Shown here piece after piece: positions 22,159 through 31,732 of a stretch of 64,000 bases of DNA. The position numbers and the translations under genes are program-made. The notes beneath the pieces were generated by a model. That model had not been told where the DNA came from. It saw nothing but the letters and a program-made list of their open reading frames with translations, and did no database searches. Positions within the stretch are counted from its first letter, which is position 1. Every line of letters starts with the position of its first letter. Source of the stretch: Desulfobacterales bacterium (GTDB lineage: Bacteria; Desulfobacterota; Desulfobacteria; Desulfobacterales; UBA2174); contig CAXXWC010000021.1 of NCBI GenBank assembly GCA_963668645.2, forward strand, positions 1,120,001 to 1,184,000. Reading direction: 5' to 3'.

Positions 22159-24216
22159 ATGAATCCAGAATCTCATCACATTCCAACGAAAGACCTCCCC
22201 CCCTGTGGCGATTGCGGCGGCAGTGCGGTTTCCAACGCCCAGTTGATCAATACGCTCAACTTTCTCAACTTCATGGACCGGCCTATGATCGTGCGGTTCC
22301 GGCACGCTACGCTCGATCGCTGGATCCGCTTGGAAGCGATTCCGGACCCCTGCCAGGACGAGGAGGCCAGTTGTCGCTGGACCCGGCAAACCACGCCCCT
22401 TAAAGTCCCCTCCCACTACCGGTTTCAGGACATCATCATCCCCGAAGGCCACAGCCTGATCATTGTCGTGCCCGAGGATCACCGCTGGGATTCACTGGGG
22501 GGTAACTTCCGCCTTCCCCGCGACGGAGTCCGGATCAACGCCCGTCGCACGCGGCGTTACCCGAGCAGCGGCGTCAAAGCCGAATTGATCCAAGACGGAA
22601 TCCGTTTTGAAGGTCGCCTGATCGATTTTTCCTCCCTGTCCCTGAGAGTCGACCTGGAGCTCGGCTTGGCTCAATCTTTTTCCTGGATCTGCTCGGAAAC
22701 CCCCTTGATGTTGATCCTCAGCGATGATCAGGGCACCGTGTTCGCAGGTAACTGCCGTCTGATCCGCGGATGCCGCGAAACGGCCAGTCTGCTGCTGGAG
22801 CCGCTCAGCAAGGAAACCCAGCGTTTCGCACGCAAGAGCCACCGCAGCGGGCGTGTCATCGTCACCCCCGCCCCCAATCTGATTTTCAATCACCCCTTGA
22901 TCGGTCGACGCTTTGAGGTGTCCGTATTGGATTTGTCGGGGACCGGATTGAGCATCCAAACGCCCCTCGATCAGGATGTACTGCTGCCCGGACTGATCAT
23001 CCGCCATGTACGTCTGGTCTTTTCAGGCGGCACGGCCTTAACATTCCGGGCACAGGTGATTTACAGCAATCGGATAAAATCCGACGGCCTTGAACTCATG
23101 CAATGCGGTTTGGCAATCCTCGATATTTCACCACGCGCCCACACCCAACTTCTCAGCATGCTGTACCAGGTCAAGGAGCCCAACGCGTATATCGACCATC
23201 CCCAAGACATGGAGGCCCTCTGGCGATTCTTTTTCGAAACCGGGTTCATCTATCCCAGCAAATACGTTTTTTTCCACAAGTTCAAGAAGTGCATCCAGGC
23301 AACTTACGAAAAACTGTATCGCCAGCACCCGGATATTGCGCGCCATTTCACCTACCAGCGGATGGGACGTGTTCTCGGCCATATGGCGATGCTCCGTTTT
23401 TATCGCCGCGCCTGGATGATTCAGCACCACGCCGCCAACACGCGCGAATCCCATCGCGCCGGGCTCATCGTCCTCGAACAGATCGGCCGCTTCATCAACG
23501 ATTCGCACCGTCTCGGCCCGATCTGCATGGATTATGTTTTTTGCCTTTACCGCCCGGAAAACAAGTTTCCCAGCCGGGTTTTTGGCAGCGCCGCTAAATC
23601 CATCGCCGATCCGCAGATCTGTTCAACCGATACTTTCGCCTACCTGCACTTTACACCGCAGCCCCTTTCGCGCCTGAAGCCGGCAGGGCCGGGCTGGCGG
23701 CTGACGGCCTCCAGCGACGAGGATCTTGCCGAACTGGAGGCCGCCTACATAGCGCATTCGGGCAACGGCGGGCTCATCCGGGCCTTTGACCTGAAGCCTG
23801 GAAAGCAGGATATGAAGGATTTGAGCGGGGCGTATCAATCCATCGGCTTGATGCGCCAGCGCCTGCTCTACACACTGCGCCGGGATGACTGTCCGGCAGC
23901 CGTTCTGATGTGCAACCGGTCTGACTTCGGCCTGAATATGTCAGACCTGACCAATTGCGTCCAAATCTTCGTGATCGATTCCCGGATCTTGACGCCGGAC
24001 ATCCTGCATCGGGCGATATCGCGGATCGCGGATTGGTACAACGGGCAGAAATTCCCGATTATGATCTATCCGGAAGAAGCGGCGAGCCGTTGCGCGATAA
24101 GTGCCGAAAAACGCTATACGGCCTGGGTGTTGGACCTGGATTACACCGATCGTTATTTCGACTATGTTTCACGGTTGATCAATATCGCAGCCCACCGCAA
24201 AGCACGCAAGGAATGA
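22159..24216 (+). CDS. Tandem PilZ-domain protein with large uncharacterised (possibly GNAT-like) C-terminal domain
   Basis: PilZ1: RRTRR ... DFSSLS (degenerate). PilZ2: RKSHRSGR ... DLSGTG. C-terminal ~340 aa beginning LWRFFFETGFIYPSKY. Confidence 0.75.
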   Translation: MNPESHHIPTKDLPPCGDCGGSAVSNAQLINTLNFLNFMDRPMIVRFRHATLDRWIRLEAIPDPCQDEEASCRWTRQTTPLKVPSHYRFQDIIIPEGHSLIIVVPEDHRWDSLGGNFRLPRDGVRINARRTRRYPSSGVKAELIQDGIRFEGRLIDFSSLSLRVDLELGLAQSFSWICSETPLMLILSDDQGTVFAGNCRLIRGCRETASLLLEPLSKETQRFARKSHRSGRVIVTPAPNLIFNHPLIGRRFEVSVLDLSGTGLSIQTPLDQDVLLPGLIIRHVRLVFSGGTALTFRAQVIYSNRIKSDGLELMQCGLAILDISPRAHTQLLSMLYQVKEPNAYIDHPQDMEALWRFFFETGFIYPSKYVFFHKFKKCIQATYEKLYRQHPDIARHFTYQRMGRVLGHMAMLRFYRRAWMIQHHAANTRESHRAGLIVLEQIGRFINDSHRLGPICMDYVFCLYRPENKFPSRVFGSAAKSIADPQICSTDTFAYLHFTPQPLSRLKPAGPGWRLTASSDEDLAELEAAYIAHSGNGGLIRAFDLKPGKQDMKDLSGAYQSIGLMRQRLLYTLRRDDCPAAVLMCNRSDFGLNMSDLTNCVQIFVIDSRILTPDILHRAISRIADWYNGQKFPIMIYPEEAASRCAISAEKRYTAWVLDLDYTDRYFDYVSRLINIAAHRKARKE

Positions 24217-24291
24217 GCAAAACCAAGCCGGCGATTCTTTTCAAACCGTTCACCCCGTTGCAGCAATATCGAGGTGCAATCCTGCAGCGGA

Positions 24292-25104
24292 TCAAGACGG
24301 GCTTTTACGGCCGCGACACAAGATGAGCGGGGTGTAGGTAAAACGACGGGGATCTTTGAAGTATCGATCGAAATCCTCAAAAAATCCCGCAACTCCCCCA
24401 GCATAATCCTTTTCGAACAGATACCCCGATCGGGCTGCCGCCACCCGCATCTTCTGTTCCCAGTTGAAACGGTCGACCTCATTCAACTCCCCGTAAATCA
24501 GATGATGGGCCCGCAGGTCCATCCGAATATCGACCATCCCCAAATCATAAAGATAAGCGTAAAGCTTCCGCCCGGCGTAGGGATCAAAATCCTCCCTGGC
24601 CTCCACCGCGGCCATCACACCGGTAAGGGCCCGGGCCAGGGCCGGCGGCAGCTCGTGATGGTTGAGACAATTGTGGTCCAGATCGATGAGGCACAAAACA
24701 CCACCGGGGTTGAGCAGTGCATGGGCCTTTCGGACAATGGCGGCCGCTTCGGAACGAAAATATTCCAGAATAAATCGAATCCAGATAAAATCGAAGCCGC
24801 CCAGATCGCCCATGGGATCCAGAAAATCGCGGCAGGTGAAAGATAGCCCCGGACGGCCATATGTTTTGCGGGCATGGGCAATGCGTTCTCTCGAAGCATC
24901 AATGCCTACCACGGCCCCACCCGGCTGGACCATTTCAAAAAGATACAAGCTCGTCTTGCCGCTGCCGCAACCGATGTCGGCCACCCGTTGACCGGGCCGG
25001 ATGCCTGCCCAGCGCGCCTGGTCGGCCACATCGCGGCCATCGGTCTTGATTTCCAAGCGTTCGATTTCAGCCGCCGTTTCCATTAGATACGATTTGCGGG
25101 CCAT
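24292..25104 (-). CDS. Class I SAM-dependent methyltransferase
   Basis: VADIGCGSG, VVGID, FDFIWIRFILEY, LNPGG. ATG 25104 preceded by GAAGGTG. Confidence 0.92.
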   Translation of the reverse strand: MARKSYLMETAAEIERLEIKTDGRDVADQARWAGIRPGQRVADIGCGSGKTSLYLFEMVQPGGAVVGIDASRERIAHARKTYGRPGLSFTCRDFLDPMGDLGGFDFIWIRFILEYFRSEAAAIVRKAHALLNPGGVLCLIDLDHNCLNHHELPPALARALTGVMAAVEAREDFDPYAGRKLYAYLYDLGMVDIRMDLRAHHLIYGELNEVDRFNWEQKMRVAAARSGYLFEKDYAGGVAGFFEDFDRYFKDPRRFTYTPLILCRGRKSPS

Positions 25105-25315
25105 TTCACCTTCCTTTGCCTGCAACCACTTGAGAAGCCAGCTTGCAAAAGCGTCAACGTGAAGTCCTTGTATGAAACTGGAATGTTTCCTTCACGATCA
25201 ATCAGACCGTGCCAGCGGCCAGCGGCGGGGCTCACGCTTCAGACCTGAAATGCGTCGTGTTTGACCCGAGCCTGCTTCTCTTAGCCTATTCCGGTCGAAG
25301 GTGCAATAAAATGGC

Positions 25316-25345
25316 TTGACACACCCTGGCTCGACCCAATAAAGT
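25316..25345 (+). promoter_or_regulatory. Putative sigma-70 promoter for the small ORF at 25445
   Basis: TTGACA (25316-25321), 18-nt spacer, TAAAGT. Confidence 0.5.
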
Positions 25346-25444
25346 CGGCCCCAATTAACATAAGGGCTATGTTGTACCCTGTTCACAATTTCCTCGACGG
25401 ATCGGCGGAAAGGTCAACGGCGACCACCGCCAGGGAGGAACTCC

Positions 25445-25633
25445 ATGTTCGATGACGACAAGATCGACCCGCAGTCTGATTATGAGCAATTCCATCGCAC
25501 CCGCCTGACTCCCGAACGGAGCTCATGCCCCAGGGCCGGCGAACTCCATGAAAGGACCTGCAGCCGCAATTCCTGGCAACCGGGAGAGGACCGTTTCGAG
25601 CATCTCTTCGAGCGGCACGACCGCCTCTGGTAG
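25445..25633 (+). CDS. Hypothetical 62-aa hydrophilic small protein
   Basis: Strong RBS AGGGAGGA 5 nt before the ATG; upstream promoter-like motif; lies in an otherwise empty intergenic gap. Confidence 0.6.
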   Translation: MFDDDKIDPQSDYEQFHRTRLTPERSSCPRAGELHERTCSRNSWQPGEDRFEHLFERHDRLW

Positions 25634-25856
25634 ACCGTCCCTCCGGCAAGCTGCCTTAACATCGCCTGCCGAGATACGATCCAGTTTGTTAAAAGAGGGG
25701 AGAGGATAGGCCTGTGGCTTCTTGCCCAGGCCTTATCCTTTGACACCAGGTGCCTGCTTGGCCTAAGATGCGGCATTTTCCCGCATAACCTTCTTTTTTT
25801 TGGATCGCATCGCCCGCAGACGATGCATGCCGGAACACCCCGGCGAGGTGGTAGCA

Positions 25857-27350
25857 TTGCCGAAACAACTGCAAATTTCCAGAAGACTGACCGGGATTCT
25901 GGTTTATACGCGACCTGGCCTGGCCTTGGGTGCGCTTCTGTGCGCCATCGCGGTGATGTGGCTGCGCGATCCTTTGCTTTATACCATCGGTGTGGCGCTG
26001 TTGTTGATCGCCATGGGCTTCGACATGGTGGACGGCTGGTTTGCCACCCGCTTCCATGCCCATCCCACCCTGACCCAACTGGCCGACCGCATCCTGGACA
26101 AGGTAGTCTATTCGATCATCTTTCCGCTGATCGCGGTGGGCGTCACCTGGCGTCTGACGGTGATCACCCCGGACTACACGCGCACCGAACTACTGCATGC
26201 CATCCTGGTATTGATCCTTTGCGTGATCGTGCTGATCCGCGACAACTTCGCCCACTTCATGCGCGGATTTGCCATCCGCCAGGGCCAGGAGCCCGAGGCC
26301 AGCGAACTGAACCGGCTACGCACCATCGTGGCCGCACCGGTGGGGCTTTTACTCTACGCCTATGCCTTTTACGTACCCGAGGGGCCGCCATCACGGATTT
26401 ACTTCTGGATTTCGTGGCTGGGCAACATCCCCCAGCGCAGCCTCTTTTTCATCGAAATCATCTTTCTGATTATCAATCTAGGGTCGATTGCCGCCTACAC
26501 GCGCAAGTACGGCAGGGTCTGCCTCGACGAACTGTGCGCCGGCGAAGAACGCCTGCGGCGGCAGATCCTGACCTTTTTTCCCAACTCGCTGACGGTGATG
26601 AATGCCCTGATGGGACTGCTGGCGGTATTTTTCGCCTATCAGGGGCGGGTGCGGGAAGCCTACCTGATCTTGATCGGTGCGGCCCTTTTCGACAAGCTCG
26701 ACGGCGCGCTGGCGCGGCGCCTCGGGTTGACCGAACCCCTGGACCCTCTGGAAAAGCAGCGCCGCTTCACTATGGGAGGAATCCTGGACGACGTGTCGGA
26801 CGGGATCAGCTTTTGCATCGTGCCTGCCTGGATTTTTTATCTGACGTTAAGCGGATACGAAAAATCGCTCCTGCCGGGTATCCCCATCGGCTGGATCGCC
26901 TGGCTTTATGCACTGGCCGGAATCGTGCGCCTGATCTATTTCACCCTGGATACCAGCCCGGTACCGGGATTTTTCAAGGGGCTGCCGAGCCCGGCCGGCG
27001 CCCTGCTGGTGGTCGCTCCGCTGATCATGTTCACCCAGGCAGCCGAAATTCAGCCCGAGCAGATACGCCACTTATGGGCCGTGTTCTGCGCCGGCCTGAT
27101 GGTTTTTGCCGCTTTTTGGATGAACCTCTATCCGCTGCGCTACCTGCATTTCGGGCGTTTCATGAACCGCCGCCCTTTTTTTGTCAGCCTTAACATGCTG
27201 CTGGCCCTCCTGCTCGTTTTCACCCCCTATTTCGGCTACTGGGCACTGGCTTGCATGATCATCTATCTTCTCTCTCCCCTGTGGACCTGGCGCGTTTCGC
27301 CGGAAGTGGCCGCCAGCGAAAAACGCGTCAAGAAAAAACGCAAGATTTAA
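25857..27350 (+). CDS. Double-domain CDP-alcohol phosphatidyltransferase family protein
   Basis: Two signature motifs: DMVDGWFATR...LADRILD and DKLDGALARR...GGILDDVSD. The second has PssA-like RLIYF..FFKGLPSP. Many TM helices. TTG 25857 follows GAGGTG. Confidence 0.85.
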   Translation: MPKQLQISRRLTGILVYTRPGLALGALLCAIAVMWLRDPLLYTIGVALLLIAMGFDMVDGWFATRFHAHPTLTQLADRILDKVVYSIIFPLIAVGVTWRLTVITPDYTRTELLHAILVLILCVIVLIRDNFAHFMRGFAIRQGQEPEASELNRLRTIVAAPVGLLLYAYAFYVPEGPPSRIYFWISWLGNIPQRSLFFIEIIFLIINLGSIAAYTRKYGRVCLDELCAGEERLRRQILTFFPNSLTVMNALMGLLAVFFAYQGRVREAYLILIGAALFDKLDGALARRLGLTEPLDPLEKQRRFTMGGILDDVSDGISFCIVPAWIFYLTLSGYEKSLLPGIPIGWIAWLYALAGIVRLIYFTLDTSPVPGFFKGLPSPAGALLVVAPLIMFTQAAEIQPEQIRHLWAVFCAGLMVFAAFWMNLYPLRYLHFGRFMNRRPFFVSLNMLLALLLVFTPYFGYWALACMIIYLLSPLWTWRVSPEVAASEKRVKKKRKI

Positions 27351-27367
27351 CGCCCCAGCGCCGCCCG

Positions 27368-28384
27368 CTATAAGAGCCTGTGTGGCAGACTTTCAGTCCT
27401 GCCGGCGGGGGTGATTTCGATATAGTCGAGCTTGCGCTGCAGTTCGCGGATGGTCGAGGCCCCGCCGTAAGTCAAACCGGAGCGAAGCCCGCCGATGATG
27501 TCGGCCACGATAGCATCGGCATCTTCCCGGTAAGGGACCTCGGTGGCGACCCCTTCGGCCGTTTTCCACTCGGCCACCCCGCCATGATATTCTTCGGCCA
27601 CTTCCGAGCTGGCCATTCCACGATAAACCTTGTACTTGCGGCTCACGCCGTCCGTGCCGGTCTTTTCCAGCACAGCGCCGGGCGTGGGGGACGTGCCGGC
27701 CAGCATGCTGCCCACCATGACAAAGTCCGCACCGAAAGCCAAAGCCTTGACGATATCGCCTGCATAGCGGATCCCCCCGTCGGCGACGACGGACCGATCC
27801 ACCCGGGCGCAGTTGCGAATGGCGGTCAGATTCGGCACCCCGAACCCGGTTTTGATGCGCGTGGTACATACGCTGCCGCCGCCGATTCCCACCTTGACGA
27901 TATCTGCGCTGCACGAGGCCAGAAAGTCGGCCCCGGCATAGGTGGCCACATTGCCGGCCATGATGCAGACCTCTTCACCGAGCATCTGACGTAAGGTCTT
28001 GAGGGTCTTGCCCACATATTTTGCATGGGCATGGGCCACGTCGACGCAAAAATAGCCCGCCCCGGCGTCGCGCAGGGCCTCGGCCCGCTCCAGATCCTTG
28101 TCGGTGCAGCCGACGGAGACAAAGGTCGGATAGCGGCACCGTTCGAACATGCGCACGTTGTCCTCAATGCACATGAACCGATGCAGCACGCCGATCCCCC
28201 CCCTGGCCCCGATAAAATCGGCCATCTGCACTTCGGTGATCGTGTCCATGTTGGCCGTCATCAAGGGGAGATTGAGATGGAGCTTTTCCCGTCGGCAGGT
28301 CATGGAAATGTCCACAACGCGACGCGATTCCCAGTGATTGTAAGAGGGAACGAGCATGATGTCGTCGTAGGTAAAAGCCTTCAT
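27368..28384 (-). CDS. guaC: GMP reductase (IMPDH/GMPR family, no CBS domains)
   Basis: TYDDIMLVP, TANMDT, GIGGGSVCTTRIKTG, ADGGI; flap GMAS...GGVAEWKTAEG resembles GuaC and lacks the IMPDH RY dyad. Confidence 0.75.
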   Translation of the reverse strand: MKAFTYDDIMLVPSYNHWESRRVVDISMTCRREKLHLNLPLMTANMDTITEVQMADFIGARGGIGVLHRFMCIEDNVRMFERCRYPTFVSVGCTDKDLERAEALRDAGAGYFCVDVAHAHAKYVGKTLKTLRQMLGEEVCIMAGNVATYAGADFLASCSADIVKVGIGGGSVCTTRIKTGFGVPNLTAIRNCARVDRSVVADGGIRYAGDIVKALAFGADFVMVGSMLAGTSPTPGAVLEKTGTDGVSRKYKVYRGMASSEVAEEYHGGVAEWKTAEGVATEVPYREDADAIVADIIGGLRSGLTYGGASTIRELQRKLDYIEITPAGRTESLPHRLL

Positions 28385-28851
28385 GGAGACGCTTCCTTTT
28401 GGGGCATGGGGTTGGCACCGGACCAGGTGCACCAGCCCAAGCTGGCGGTGGGTCCGCAACGGTCACCGAACCGGTTGAGCAGCCGCTTGCAGGCGGCGTA
28501 AAAAGCGAAAAATCCCCACACCAGCCTTCGATCCCCGGCCGAGAGGGGTGCCGCACTGCAAATGAGCTTAAAATCTTCTCTGCCGTCATCGACAAACGCG
28601 ATGATGCCGCGTACCGGTACCTGGATGCGAGCGCCCCTTTCAAGACGCTGCCCCAGGACCACCGCATCACGCCAGTCCGCGTCACCGGCCGGCAAACCCG
28701 GCACCGACCCGTAATTGAACGGGCACGGCAGGGGCGATACGAAAACGATCCGGCCGTGGCTGTCGCGCTTGGTAATGCCGCCCCGGGGCACCTCAATGGT
28801 GACCTGAAGCCACGGTCCGGCATCATGGGTATGGTCTGAGAGGCGGTTCAT
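28381..28851 (-). CDS. Family I inorganic diphosphatase-like protein (short, divergent)
   Basis: IEVPRG..K, PFNYGSVP, GDADWRD (DxDxxD), DDGREDFKL. ATGA overlap with guaC. Confidence 0.75.
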   Translation of the reverse strand: MNRLSDHTHDAGPWLQVTIEVPRGGITKRDSHGRIVFVSPLPCPFNYGSVPGLPAGDADWRDAVVLGQRLERGARIQVPVRGIIAFVDDGREDFKLICSAAPLSAGDRRLVWGFFAFYAACKRLLNRFGDRCGPTASLGWCTWSGANPMPQKEASP

Positions 28852-29141
28852 ACTAACCCGTAACTTCGCTCTTTGTGGCCGGGAAGATCATTGCGGTCTT
28901 ATCCTTATTGTCCAGACTAAGGTTGGCCGGAAAACCTGTCAAGCATGCGCATCATGGACCGGCAATTCTCAGTGAATCCATTTCGGCTGCACCGGGAATT
29001 GACAATTGAGACGATTCCCCGTTGACAGCGCCTGGAATTGAGTTTTAAAGATGAATTTCCTTTCAAAAAATGTGCGCCGAATCGGTCGCAGTGGGGCGCA
29101 CCCAGGCAAACCCCATCTAAAGACAAATGGAGGAGTCGGCC

Positions 29142-30785
29142 ATGCCCAACCAGACTTTTGATCCCGGAGAAGCCTATTCGTATCCGTTGATCATCAAAAA
29201 ACTGCTGCACACCCCGCTCGTCTACGCCCCGGATCAGGAAATCGTCTACCGCGACCAGATGCGCTACACCTACCGCCAGCTCAATGAACGGATCCACCGG
29301 CTGGCCAACGCCCTGAGCCAACAGGGAGTGGAATCGGGCGATACGGTAGCCGTCTTCGACTACGACAGCCACCGCTATCTGGAATGCTTTTTCGCCGTGC
29401 CCATGATGGGGGCCGTTCTCCAGACGGTCAACTGGCGCCTGTCGGTCGAACAGATCATCTACACCCTGAACCACGCCGAGGCCACAATCGCAATCATCAA
29501 CTCGGATTTTCTACCGATCCTGGCGGCCATCGGCCCGAAGCTGGAGACGGTTCGGAAAATCGTCGTGATCGCCGAAGGCGGCCGCATGCCCGATGCCGCA
29601 CCGGCCCACGACGCCCAATACGAAGATATGCTTGCCGCCGCACCGGCAAGCTACGATTTCCCAGACCTGGACGAAAACACCAAAGCCACGACCTTTTATA
29701 CCACCGGCACCACCGGGGACCCCAAGGGGGTTCACTTCACCCATCGCCAGTTGGTCCTGCACACCCTTTCGCTGACCATCGCCGCCGGGGCTTACGAGAC
29801 CATCGGCCGCTTTCGTTCCAACGATGTCTATATGCCCATCACTCCCATGTTCCACGTCCACGCCTGGGGGATTCCCTATGTGGCCACCCTGCTGGGTGTA
29901 AAACAGGTCTATCCGGGCAAATACGAACCGGAAATGCTCCTTAAGCTCATCGTCACCGAGAAAGTATCGTTTTCCCACTGCGTGCCCACCATCTTGCAGA
30001 TGCTGGCCGCCAGCCCGGCGGTGAAAAAATTCGATCTTTCGCACTGGAAAGTCATCATCGGCGGGGCCAAACTGCCCCGGGGCCTGGCCAAGGCGGCATA
30101 CGACATGGGCGTTACCCTCTACGCCGGCTACGGCATGTCTGAAACCTGCCCGGTAATGAGCCTGGCCATGCCCAAAACCCAGATGCTCGATTGGGACGAG
30201 GACCGGCTTCTCGATCTGGTGGTCAAGACCGGTCTTCCCATCCCTCTGGTGGAGATCGAGGTGGTGGACCCCGAGGGTCGGCCCGTGCCCCACGACGGGA
30301 TCTCCACCGGTGAGGTGGTCTTCCGGGCCCCCTGGCTGACCCGAAGCTACTTCAAAGCCCCTGAAAAAACCCGCGAGCTGTGGCGCGACGGATACCTGCA
30401 CTCTGGAGATGTGGGCCACATCGACGAGCAAGGCTATCTGCAGATCACCGACCGGATCAAGGACGTGATCAAAAGCGGCGGGGAGTGGATCTCGTCGCTC
30501 GATCTGGAAAACGTGCTCAGCCAGCATGAAGCGGTGTCCGAATCAGCGGCCATCGGGGTACCGGATGAAAAGTGGGGCGAACGGCCCCTGATGCTGGTGG
30601 TGCTCAGACCCGAATTCGACGGCCGGGTGGAACCCGGCGAGCTTCAGGCATATATGCGTCAGGCCGCCGAGAAAGGGCTGCTGCCCAAGTACGGGGTGCC
30701 GGACCGCTTCACCTTCGTCGACCAGCTGCCCAAAACCAGCGTGGGCAAGCTCGACAAGAAGCTGATGCGCCGGGGCTTCAACTGA
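29142..30785 (+). CDS. AMP-forming fatty acid--CoA ligase (medium-chain/AlkK-like)
   Basis: [68 protein letters not shown]. Confidence 0.93.
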   Translation: MPNQTFDPGEAYSYPLIIKKLLHTPLVYAPDQEIVYRDQMRYTYRQLNERIHRLANALSQQGVESGDTVAVFDYDSHRYLECFFAVPMMGAVLQTVNWRLSVEQIIYTLNHAEATIAIINSDFLPILAAIGPKLETVRKIVVIAEGGRMPDAAPAHDAQYEDMLAAAPASYDFPDLDENTKATTFYTTGTTGDPKGVHFTHRQLVLHTLSLTIAAGAYETIGRFRSNDVYMPITPMFHVHAWGIPYVATLLGVKQVYPGKYEPEMLLKLIVTEKVSFSHCVPTILQMLAASPAVKKFDLSHWKVIIGGAKLPRGLAKAAYDMGVTLYAGYGMSETCPVMSLAMPKTQMLDWDEDRLLDLVVKTGLPIPLVEIEVVDPEGRPVPHDGISTGEVVFRAPWLTRSYFKAPEKTRELWRDGYLHSGDVGHIDEQGYLQITDRIKDVIKSGGEWISSLDLENVLSQHEAVSESAAIGVPDEKWGERPLMLVVLRPEFDGRVEPGELQAYMRQAAEKGLLPKYGVPDRFTFVDQLPKTSVGKLDKKLMRRGFN

Positions 30786-31710
30786 AAGGGCTTTCTTCTT
30801 CGAAATCGGGCACATACTGATCCTGGCTGGCCAGATCCTGGATAAAGGCATTCTCCAGGCCGAGGGCCATGGCGTGGTCCACGATCCGGTCGTACTCGGC
30901 TTGGCGCAGGGGCCGGTCGAGGCCGGGGTACTCCCGGGCCCGGTATTGCGGGGCGTACTGGGCCATGATGCTTACGTGGATATCCGGCGCCAGGCGGGCC
31001 AGAAACTCGATACAGCGGCGGCTGTTGTCCAGGCAGCCGGGCAGCACCAGATGGCGTACCAGCAGCCCGCGCCGGGCGATGCCGCCATGGTCCAGTTGCA
31101 GCACACCGACCTGGTCGTGCATCTCGCGCAGCACTGCGGGAACGACATCGGCATAATCATCGACCCCGGAAAAACGCCGGCCCAACCGGTTGTCCAGGTA
31201 TTTCAGATCGGGCAAATAGATATCCACCAGCCCACGAATCCGCCGAAGGGATTCAAGCGCGTCGTACCCGTTGGAGTTGTAGGCCACCGGAACGACCAGC
31301 CCCCCGCGGCGGGCCGCTTCGATGGCCCCGGCCATCTGGACGATCATGTGGGAGGGCGAAACGAAGTTGATGTTGTGGGCCCCGCGGTCCTGGAGCCGGA
31401 GCATCTCTTCGGCAAGTTCCTCGGGGCTCAGGTTCCGGGTGATACAACCTTGGTCGAACTGCTGGCTGATCTGAAAGTTCTGGCAAAAGACGCAACGCAG
31501 GTTGCAGCCGGCGAAAAAAACGGTCCCCGACCCGCCGCTGCCGGAAATGGGCGGCTCCTCTCCGTGATGCAGCCCCACATACGCCACCCGGATCTGGTCG
31601 CCTATCCCGCAAAACCCGAGCTTCCCGCCCCGCCGATCCGCCCGACAGCAACGCGGGCAGACCTGGCAGCACCTCATGTCGCCCGGCGATAATTCGGCGA
31701 TACTATCCAT
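30778..31710 (-). CDS. Radical SAM protein, PflX-like
   Basis: CQVCPRCC, HHGEEPPISG..GSGTVFFAGCNLRCVFCQN, GAHNINFVSP, DIYLPDLKY, LLVRHLVLPG. Confidence 0.9.
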   Translation of the reverse strand: MDSIAELSPGDMRCCQVCPRCCRADRRGGKLGFCGIGDQIRVAYVGLHHGEEPPISGSGGSGTVFFAGCNLRCVFCQNFQISQQFDQGCITRNLSPEELAEEMLRLQDRGAHNINFVSPSHMIVQMAGAIEAARRGGLVVPVAYNSNGYDALESLRRIRGLVDIYLPDLKYLDNRLGRRFSGVDDYADVVPAVLREMHDQVGVLQLDHGGIARRGLLVRHLVLPGCLDNSRRCIEFLARLAPDIHVSIMAQYAPQYRAREYPGLDRPLRQAEYDRIVDHAMALGLENAFIQDLASQDQYVPDFEEESPFS

Positions 31711-31732
31711 CTTAGGTTCTCACTCAACTCGT

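Noticed and set aside
24213..24326. 37-aa ORF coupled by ATGA to the PilZ gene stop
   Set aside because: The RBS-like AAGGA is too close to the ATG, the ORF overlaps the convergent methyltransferase, and it has no motif.
27368..28384. IMP dehydrogenase (guaB) call
   Set aside because: No CBS domains, no RY flap dyad and a GuaC-like flap sequence, so GMP reductase is preferred.
30778..31710. PflX as activase for a glycyl-radical sulfonate lyase
   Set aside because: It is PflX-type rather than a PflA/IslB-type activase, and no glycyl radical enzyme lies in the window.
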